DNA of 64,000 nt from Nemertoderma westbladi. Its lineage: Eukaryota > Animalia > Xenacoelomorpha. A model generated the notes under the pieces. It saw nothing but the letters and a program-made list of their open reading frames with translations, was not told the DNA's origin and searched no databases. Positions 54,501 through 64,000 of this stretch are shown here, in pieces; within the stretch, counting starts at the first letter, position 1, and each line of letters begins with the position of its first letter. Position numbers and translations under genes: made by a program. Where the stretch lies: the NCBI GenBank assembly GCA_032718475.1, contig JAUCBJ010009043.1, forward strand, positions 1 to 64,000. The letters are read 5' to 3'.

Positions 54501-57400
54501 TCTCCATTGTTTGTGCGTATCACAAAACTACGACTATTGTTTGTGGCTGTCATAACATTCTGGCAATTGTTTGCGGCTGTCACAACATTCTGAAATTGTT
54601 TGTGGTTGTCACAACATTGCGACAATTGATTGTGGCTGTCACAATATTACGACAATTGTTTGTGGTTGTCACAACATTGCGACAATTGTTTGTGGCTGTC
54701 ACAATATTCCGAAAATTTTTTGTGGCTGTCACAATATTACGACAATTGTTTGTGGCTGTCGCAACATTAGGATAATTGTTTGTAGCTGTCACAACATTCG
54801 GACAATTTTTTGTGGCCGTCACAACATTACGACAATTGTTTGTAGCTGTCACAATATTACGACAATTGTTTGTGGCTGTCGTAACATTACGACAATTGTT
54901 TGTGGCTGTCACAATATTACGACAATTGTTTGTGGCTGTCACAACATTGTGACAATTGATTGTGGCTGTCACAATATTACGACAATTGTTTGTAGCTGTC
55001 ACAATATTACGACAATTCTTTGTGGCTGTCATTACATTGCGACAATTGTATGTGGCTGTCACAAGATTGCTACAATTGTTTGTGGTTGTCACAACATTGC
55101 GACAATTGTTTGTGGCTGTCACAATAATCCGAAAATTTTTTGTGGCTGCCACAATATTACGACAATTGTTTGTGGCTGTCGCAACATTAGGACAATTGTT
55201 TGTGGCTGTCACAACATTCGGACAATTGTTTATGGCCATCACAACATTACGACAATTGTTTGTGGTTGTCACAACATTACGACAATTGTTTGTGGCTGTT
55301 ACAACATTCGGACAATTGTTTGTGGCCGTCACAACATTACGACAATTGTTTGTAGCTGTCACAATATTACGACAATTGTTTGTGGCTGTCGCAATATTAC
55401 AACAATTGTTTGTGGCTGTCACAACATTCGGACAATTGTTTGTGGTCGTCACAACATTACGACAATTGTTTATGGTTGTCACAACATTACGACAATTTTT
55501 TGCGGCTGTCAGAACAATCCGGCAATTGTTTGCGGCTGTCACAACATTCCGGAAATTGTTTGTAGCTGTCACAACAATACGACTATTATTTGTGGCTGTC
55601 ACACCATTACGACAATTGTTTGTGGCTGTCACAACATTCCGACAATTGTTTGCGGCTGTTACAATATTACGACAATTGTTTGTGGCTGTCACAACGTTAC
55701 GAAAATTGTTTTCTGCTGTCACAATATTCCGACAATTGTTTGTGGCTGTCAAAACATTACGACAATTGTTTGTGGCTGTCACAACCTTGCGACAATTGTT
55801 TGTTGCTGTCACAACATTGCGACAATTTTTTGTGGCTATCACAACATTTCGACCATTGTTTGCGGCTGTCACAATATTACGACAATTGTTTGTGGCTGTC
55901 ACAACATTACGACAATTGTTTGTGGCTGTCACAACCTTGCGATAATTGTTTGTGGCTGTCACAACATTGCGACAATTTGTTGTGGCTGTCACAACATTTC
56001 GACCATTTTTTGTGGCTGTCACAACATTCCGGCAATTGTACGCGGCTGTCACAACATTACGACAATTGTTTGTAGCTGTCACAATACTGCGACAATTGTT
56101 TGTGGCTGTCTCAACATTCCGACAATTGTTTGTAGCTGTCCCGGTTGCACGGCAGACTGCTACACTGCAGTTGTTTGTGGCTGATGCAGAATTCCTCCAT
56201 TGTTTGTGCGTATTACAAAACTACGACATTTGTTTGTGGCTGTCACAACATTCCGGCATTTGTTTGCAAATGTTACAACATTCTGAAATTTTTTGTGACT
56301 GTCACAACATTACGACAATTTATTGTGGCTGTCACAATATTGCTACAATTGTTTGTGGCTATCACAATATTGCGACAATTGTTTGTAGCTGTCACAACAT
56401 TCGTACAATTGTTTGTGGCTGTCACAACATTACGACAATTGTTTGTAGCTGTCACAACATTCGTACAATTGTTTGTGGCAGTCAGTCACAACATTACGAC
56501 AATTGTTTGTGGCTGTCACAACATTGCGACAATTGTTTGTAGCTGTCACAACATTACGACAATTGTTTGTGGTTGTCACAACATTACGACAATTGTTTGT
56601 GGCTGTTACAACATTGTGACAATTGATTGTGGCTGTCACAACATTACGACAATTGTTTGTAGCTGTCACAACATTCGTACAATTGTTTGTGGCTGTCACA
56701 ACATTACGACAATTGTTTGTGGCTGTCACAACATTGCGACAATTGTTTGTAGCTGTCACAACATTACGACAATTGTTTGTTGCTGTCACAACATTACGAC
56801 AATTGTTTGTGGCTGTAACAACATTGCGACAATTGTTTGTGGCTGTCACAACATTACGACAATTGTTTGTGGCTGTCACAACCTTGCGACAATTGTTTGT
56901 GACTGTCACAACATTACGATATTTTTTGTGGCTGTCAAAATATTTCGACAATTATTGTTTGTGGCTGTCACAATATTGCGACAATTGTTTTTGGCTGTCA
57001 CAACATTACGACAATTGTTTGTGGCTGTCACAACATTCGGACAATTGTTTGTGGCTGTCACAACATTACGACAATTGTTTGTGACTGTTACAACATTGCG
57101 ACAATTGTTTGTGGCTGTCACAACATTCGGACAATTGTTTGTGGCAGTCCCAACATTGCGACAAATATTTGTGGCTGTCACAACATTCAGACAATTGTTT
57201 GTGGCTGTTACAAAATTACTACAATTGATTGTGGCTGTTACAATATTCCGAAGTTGTTTGTGATTGTCCCAACACAGTTAGTTTTAGCTGTGAGATTTTG
57301 TGTGTGAAACTACCATGGTAAGAGGTTTGCAAGAGTTACTTTTTGCAAACCTGCAAGCATTGTTTATTAACACAATCCAAAGTATCTATATTTTTTCTAG

Positions 57401-57529
57401 TTGAACGAAGAAATTGACGACATAACGGATAATATTCCGTTGATATTGGGTGGCTCTGCTGCTCCTGATAAGCAACCGATCTGCATAAGCGATCTTGATC
57501 TGCTCGATGACCTCATCGCTGATAAAGAG
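57401..57529 (+). CDS. Putative cassette exon 17, variant E
   Basis: Same splice signals, open frame. Confidence 0.55.
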
Positions 57530-59953
57530 GTAAATTTACACACTTATATTATTTTGATGATAAATTTAAAAGTTTATTTGAAGATTAATTCTAATATTAC
57601 GGCAATTGTTTGTGGCTGTTACAACATTCCTGCAATTGTTTGTGGCTGTCACAATATTACGACAATTGTTTGTGGCTGTCACAACATTGTGACAATTGAT
57701 TGTGGCTGTCACAATATTACGACAATTGTTTGTATCTGTCACAATATTACGACAATTCTTTGTGGCTGTCATTACATTGCGTCAATTGTTTGTGGCTGTC
57801 ACAATATTGCTACAATTGTTTGTGGTTGTCACAATATTCCGAAATTTTTTTGTGGCTGTCACAATATTACGACAATTGTTTGTGGCTGTCGCAACATTAG
57901 GACAATTGTTTGTAGCTGTCACAACATTCGGACAATTGTTTGTGGCCGTCACAACATTACGACAATTGTTTGTGGTTGTCACAACATTACGACAATTGTT
58001 TGTGGCTGTCACAACATTCGGACAATTGTTTGTGGCCGTCACAACATTACGACAATTGTTTGTAGCTGTCACAATATTACGACAATTGTTTGTGGCTGTC
58101 GCAACATTACGACAATTGTTTGTGGCTGTCACAATATTACGACAATTGTTTCTGGCTGTCACAACATTGTGACAATTGATTGTGGCTGTCTCAATATTAC
58201 GACAATTGTTTGTAGCTGTCACAATATTACGACAATTCTTTGTGGCTGTCATTACATTGCGTCAATTGTTTGTGGCTGTCACAACATTGCTACAATTGTT
58301 TGTGGTTGTCACAACATTGCGACAATTGTTTGTGGCTGTCACAATAATCCGAAATTTTTTTGTGGCTGTCACAATATTACGACAATTGTTTGTGGCTGTC
58401 GCAACATTAGGACAATTGTTTGTGGCTGTCACAACATTCGGACAATTGTTTGTGGCCGTCACAACATTACGACAATTGTTTGTGGCTGTCACAACCTTGC
58501 GATAATTGTTTGTGGCTGTCACAACATTGCGACAATTTGTTGTGGCTGTCACAACATTTCGACCATTTTTTGTGGCTGTCACAACATTCCGGCAATTGTA
58601 CGCGGCTGTCACAACATTACGACAATTGTTTGTAGCTGTCACAATACTGCGACAATTGTTTGTGGCTGTCTCAACATTCCGACAATTGTTTGTAGCTGTC
58701 CCGGTTGCACGGCAGACTGCTACACTGCAGTTGTTTGTGGCTGATGCAGAATTCCTCCATTGTTTGTGCGTATTACAAAACTACGACATTTGTTTGTGGC
58801 TGTCACAACATTCCGGCATTTGTTTGCAAATGTTACAACATTCTGAAATTTTTTGTGACTGTCACAACATTACGACAATTTATTGTGGCTGTCACAATAT
58901 TGCTACAATTGTTTGTGGCTATCACAATATTGCGACAATTGTTTGTAGCTGTCACAACATTCGTACAATTGTTTGTGGCTGTCACAACATTACGACAATT
59001 GTTTGTAGCTGTCACAACATTCGTACAATTGTTTGTGGCAGTCACAACATTACGACAATTGTTTGTGGCTGTCACAACATTGCGACAATTGTTTGTAGCT
59101 GTCACAACATTACGACAATTGTTTGTGGTTGTCACAACATTACGACAATTGTTTGTGGCTGTTACAACATTGTGACAATTGATTGTGGCTGTCACAACAT
59201 TACGACAATTGTTTGTAGCTGTCACAACATTCGTACAATTGTTTGTGGCTGTCACAACATTACGACAATTGTTTGTGGCTGTCACAACATTGCGACAATT
59301 GTTTGTAGCTTTCACAACATTACGACAATTGTTTGTTGCTGTCACAACATTACGACAATTGTTTGTGGCTGTAACAACATTGCGACAATTGTTTGTGTCT
59401 GTCACAACATTACGACAATTGTTTGTGGCTGTCACAACCTTGCGACAATTGTTTGTGACTGTCACAACATTACGATATTTTTTGTGGCTGTCAAAATATT
59501 GCGACAATTGTTTGTGGCTGTCACAATATTGCGACAATTGTTTTTGGCTGTCACAACATTACGACAATTGTTTGTGGCTGTCACAACATTCGGACAATTG
59601 TTTGTGGCTGTCACAACATTACGACAATTGTTTGTGACTGTTACAACATTGCGACAATTGTTTGTGGCTGTCACAACATTCGGACAATTGTTTGTGGCAG
59701 TCCCAACATTGCGACAAATGTTTGTGGCTGTCACAACATTCAGACAATTGTTTGTGGCTGTTACAAAATTACTACAATTGATTGTGGCTGTTACAATATT
59801 CCGAAGTTGTTTGTGACTGTCCCAACACAGTTAGTTTTAGCTGTGAGATTTTGTGTGTGAAACTACCATGGTAAGAGGTTTGCAAGAGTTACTTTTTGCA
59901 AACCTGCAAGCATTGTTTATTAACACAATCCAATGTATCTATATTTTTTCTAG

Positions 59954-60082
59954 TTTAACGAAGAAATTGACGACATAACGGATAATATTCCGTTGTTATT
60001 GGGTGGCTCTGTTGCTCCTGATAAGCAACCGATCTGCATAAGCGATCTTGATCTGCTCGATGACCTCATCGCTGATAAAGAG
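59954..60082 (+). CDS. Putative cassette exon 18, variant G (A-type 5' half, E-type 3' half)
   Basis: Same splice signals, open frame. Confidence 0.55.
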
Positions 60083-61679
60083 GTAAATTTACACACTTAT
60101 ATTATTTTGATGATAAATTTAAAAGTTTATTTGAAGATTAATTCTAATATTACGGCAATTGTTTGTGGCTGTTACAACATTCCTGCAATTGTTTGTGGCT
60201 GTCTCAATATTACGACAATTGTTTGTAGCTGTCACAGTATTACGACAATTCTTTGTGGCTGTCATTACATTGCGTCAATTGTTTGTGGCTGTCACAAGAT
60301 TGCTACAATTGTTTGTGGTTGTCACAACATTGCGACAATTGTTTGTGGCTGTCACAATAATCCGAAATTTTTTTGTGGCTGTCACAATATTACGACAATT
60401 GTTTGTGGCTGTCGCAACATTAGGACAATTGTTTGTGGCTGTCACAACATTCGGACAATTGTTTGTGGCCGTCACAACATTACGACAATTGTTTGTCGTT
60501 GTCACAACATTACGACAATTGTTTGTGGCTGTCACAACATTCGGACAATTGTTTGTGGCCGTCACAACATTACGACAATTGTTTGTAGCTGTCACAATAT
60601 TACGACAATTGTTTGCGGCTGTCGCAATATTACAACAATTGTTTGTGGCTGTCACAACATTCGGACAATTGTTTGTGGTCGTCACAACATTACGACAATT
60701 GTTTGTGGTTGTCACAACATTACGACAATTTTTTGCGGCTGTCACAACAATCCAGCAATTGTTTGCGGCTGTCACAACATTCCGGAAATTGTTTGTAGCT
60801 GTCACAACAATACGACTATTATTTGTGGCTGTCACACCATTACGACAATTGTTTGTGGCTGTCACAACATTCCGACAATTGTTTGCGGCTGTTACAAAAT
60901 TACGATAATTGTTTGTGGCTGTCACAACATTTGGACAATTGTTTGTGGCCGTCACAACATTACGACAATTGTTTGTAGCTGTCACAATATTACGACAATT
61001 GTTTGTGGCTGTCGCAACATTACGACAATTGTTTGTGGCTGTCACAATATTACGACAATTGTTTCTGGCTGTCACAACATTGTGACAATTGATTGTGGCT
61101 GTCTCAATATTACGACAATTGTTTGTGGCTGTCACAACATTGTGACAATTGATTGTGGCTGTCACAATATTACGACAATTGTTTGTATCTGTCACAATAT
61201 TACGACAATTCTTTGTGGCTGTCATTACATTGCGTCAATTGTTTGTGGCTGTCACAATATTGCTACAATTGTTTGTGGTTGTCACAATATTCCGAAATTT
61301 TTTTGTGGCTGTCACAATATTACGACAATTGTTTGTGGCTGTCGCAACATTAGGACAATTGTTTGTAGCTGTCACAACATTCGGACAATTGTTTGTGGCC
61401 GTCACAACATTACGACAATTGCTTGTGGTTGTCACAACATTACGACAATTGTTTGTGGCTGTCACAACATTTGGACAATTGTTTGTGGCCGTCACAACAT
61501 TACGACAATTGTTTGTAGCTGTCACAATATTACGACAATTGTTTGTGGCTGTCGCAACATTACGACAATTGTTTGTGGCTGTCACAATATTACGACAATT
61601 GTTTCTGGCTGTCACAACATTGTGACAATTGATTGTGGCTGTCTCAATATTACGACAATTGTTTGTAGCTGTCACAGTA

Positions 61680-63620
61680 TTACGACAATTCTTTGTTATA
61701 TAGTGTCTGGTTGGAGATGTGTGCATTGTACTTGACACAATGTACCCGGCGTAGCATTCTTGTGAATGTGCCATCCAGAGATTTGGTGTCCTCAGCAGTT
61801 AGAGCCCAGCATGGACTCCCGTAGAGGAGTACTGGAACTACTGCTGCTCTAAATAATCGGACCTTAAGTTTCCGATTAATTCTAGGTGACTTCCAAATCC
61901 TGGAAAGCCTATTCAAGGCTGCCCATGCCTTTCCCTTACGTATTCGAAGGTCCTCACCTGACTTCCGGATCCATGATCCCAGGTAACAGAAGTCGTCCAC
62001 ATGCTCAAGCATACCATCCTTTGAGCTTATGCTCATCCGATCAGAGACTTGCTGAGGACTTTCAAAGTTAACTGTCAGAATTTTGGTCTTTTTGGAGTTA
62101 ATAAAAAGACCAACACTAGAAGCAGCATGTTCTAATGAGCTGAGGAGCCGCTGGGCTCCCTCTAATGATTCTGAGAGTACTCCTAAGTCATCAGCAAAGT
62201 CTAGATCAGTTAGGTACTTGGCAGGATTTCCTCGACTTCTGGAGCCAGTAGGTGGAGTTATCATCACCCCATCATCATTATGATGATCTAAGGACATGCG
62301 TAGAACATAGTCAACCACAATAATGAACAAGAATGGTGCAAGTGTGTCTCCTTGGAGGACGCCCCATAACACTTCAAATGGTTCTGTGTCACCGTCAACA
62401 GTAGACACAAATGTTGTCGAACCATCGTATACTGATCTGATTGCTGCAATAATTTCATCAGGAATCCCATATAATGAAAGTATGCTGAACATACGTGAGC
62501 GAGAGACTGAATCAAAGGCCTTGAAGAAGTCAACAAAGATAACAGCCAGATGCCTGTCTTTCTTTTTTGATAACTCTTCAATTATCCTTCTAAGTGCCAA
62601 AATGGGCTCCATGGTCCCACGACCTTTACGGAACCCATTCTGATTTCCACGTAGCAGTCTCTCAATGGGATCCCTGAAGCGATTTAATAGAATTCTATTG
62701 TATAGTTTTGCAGCAATCGAGATCAATGAGATTCCCCGAAAAGAACCATAGAGTGTTAGGTTGCCCTTCTTGGGAACTGGCACCAACTTATTTGTTTTCA
62801 TTTCTTGTGGGACTCTTGTTGTACGGTACATGTCTACTATGATGGGATAGATGAGCTTTAAACACTCAGGTATTTTAAAGACCTCAGGGGGAACACCATC
62901 TACTCCACTGGCACGATTGGTCTTAATGCTCTTTGCAGCAGCCTTCACTTCTGCAAAGGAGATATCGCCAATGGGAATATCTGGGAGTACAGACTCAGAC
63001 ACTTTTACTTCTATAAAGTTATCAGGCAATACCCTGTCATTATTGAGGAGCATTTCAAAGTGGGCTTTCCAACCATTGAGGCGATCGGCTGGTGATTCAG
63101 CCTTAACCTTGGTGGTTGGTTGGCTTTTCCGCCCAGTAAGCAGATTGATCGATTTCCATGCCTGGGATGATTGCCTGCTGTCGTCAGCATCATTGATGGC
63201 ATCAACCTGTTGGTTTATTAGCTCCTGTAGATTAACAGAGTACTGCCTGTTCAGGGACCTAGATGCAGCTTTAACTGCATTCTTGGCCGCTGTAGTCTGT
63301 TTGAGTCGGGACTCTTTCTGCGCCTTATGAAGGTCATTTCGGCACTTCTGAATTTTGTTGTCAGTCCAGGGGGCCCTTTTCCTGTTTCGAGGGTATATGG
63401 GAACTGTTTCTGCAGCTGCTAACTTAACTGCTTCTGTAAAGGCAGTATAGCCCTCACAGTGATCTGCCGCCTCAGAGGCAAGAGCCTCATACCTGTTGCT
63501 CAGCTGTAGTGTGAAGCTGGATCTCACACTTGGCTGTTGCAACAGAGAGGACCAGTCATGCCGTGGCAAGGCAGATTTCGTTGTTCTGCTAGCACGCAGA
63601 CTAAGTCTTACCTTGGCCAC
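61680..63620 (-). CDS. Reverse transcriptase ORF of the RTE-like LINE (partial)
   Basis: 646-aa ORF with a complete RT core. The last ~5 codons and the stop come from the satellite. Confidence 0.88.
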   Translation of the reverse strand: MAKVRLSLRASRTTKSALPRHDWSSLLQQPSVRSSFTLQLSNRYEALASEAADHCEGYTAFTEAVKLAAAETVPIYPRNRKRAPWTDNKIQKCRNDLHKAQKESRLKQTTAAKNAVKAASRSLNRQYSVNLQELINQQVDAINDADDSRQSSQAWKSINLLTGRKSQPTTKVKAESPADRLNGWKAHFEMLLNNDRVLPDNFIEVKVSESVLPDIPIGDISFAEVKAAAKSIKTNRASGVDGVPPEVFKIPECLKLIYPIIVDMYRTTRVPQEMKTNKLVPVPKKGNLTLYGSFRGISLISIAAKLYNRILLNRFRDPIERLLRGNQNGFRKGRGTMEPILALRRIIEELSKKKDRHLAVIFVDFFKAFDSVSRSRMFSILSLYGIPDEIIAAIRSVYDGSTTFVSTVDGDTEPFEVLWGVLQGDTLAPFLFIIVVDYVLRMSLDHHNDDGVMITPPTGSRSRGNPAKYLTDLDFADDLGVLSESLEGAQRLLSSLEHAASSVGLFINSKKTKILTVNFESPQQVSDRMSISSKDGMLEHVDDFCYLGSWIRKSGEDLRIRKGKAWAALNRLSRIWKSPRINRKLKVRLFRAAVVPVLLYGSPCWALTAEDTKSLDGTFTRMLRRVHCVKYNAHISNQTLYNKELS

Positions 63621-63698
63621 AATAAGGCGGTGATCACTGGAGAAGGGTCGAAGTGTAAATGCATTACAGTCTTGTATAGAGCTCCTGTATTTCCTACG
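61697..63698 (-). mobile_element. RTE-clade non-LTR retrotransposon fragment (end of APE endonuclease plus RT), truncated at both ends
   Basis: Motifs SDHRLIVAK (APE C-terminus, upstream of the track's start codon), FRGISL, QNGFRKGR, FVDFFKAFDSV, GVLQGDTLAPFLF, LDFADDL, FCYLGS, VLLYG. The frame ends by running into the satellite. Confidence 0.9.
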
Positions 63699-64000
63699 GT
63701 CACACCCAGTCAGGCCCTCCAGTCACACTGGGTTAGGGCTGGGTCCCCTCCAGTCACTGGGTTAGGGTGTCTGCAGATGTCGCGATTCGTAATGCACTTT
63801 TGACATCACCATCATCTAACTTCTGAGATATTGCGGATCCTAAGAGGTTCAGTCTATCCTTTTCAGACACATTCTTTGGGCTGCTCTTATTGGTCAGTTT
63901 TGATTGTATCAACATTACTGGGTCATCACATGCTATGAATGCAGCGCACTGACGGTTGATTAATGTTGCAAGTAATACGCAACGCTGCCGCCCACCAATA

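Larger units (their letters stand above)
16346..61696. repeat. ~45-kb compound satellite: 30-bp monomer (roughly 1300 copies, estimated) in 1.1-6.0 kb higher-order units delimited by an exon-bearing cassette
   Basis: Consensus ACAATTGTTTGTGGCTGTCACAACATTACG, with 33-bp and 29-bp variants and recurrent diverged monomer blocks. The cassette recurs 18 times intact and once deleted. Confidence 0.98.

Noticed and set aside
16520-61696. CRISPR array, or the many FVAVTTLRQL and WLSQHYDNCL ORFs as genes
   Set aside because: There are no spacers. The 30-bp unit lacks stops in most frames, so long overlapping ORFs are expected by construction.
63730-63770. Telomeric repeat
   Set aside because: Only two separated TTAGGG hexamers, within a short local duplication.

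Overview
Repeat-rich animal (probably invertebrate) genomic DNA. From left to right: (1) the 5' part of a Bel/Pao LTR retrotransposon on the minus strand, whose gag-protease ORF runs off the window start and so is missing from the ORF track; (2) a 5'-truncated CRE-like non-LTR element with a restriction-like endonuclease; (3) an intronless YY1/pleiohomeotic-family zinc-finger gene; (4) small palindromic elements and a 37-bp G-rich minisatellite; (5) a ~45-kb array (16346-61696) of a quasi-palindromic 30-bp repeat; (6) a doubly truncated RTE-clade LINE. The main finding is inside the 45-kb array. It is punctuated by 18 intact copies, plus one deleted copy, of a ~310-bp cassette with gene-like splice architecture: Inr-like motif, ACCATG|GTAAGA donor, 83-nt intron, 129-nt phase-0 exon, GTAAAT donor. 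This looks like the 5' end of a gene amplified together with its satellite. Most ORFs in the supplied track are translations of the repeats. Expression and function cannot be established from sequence alone.
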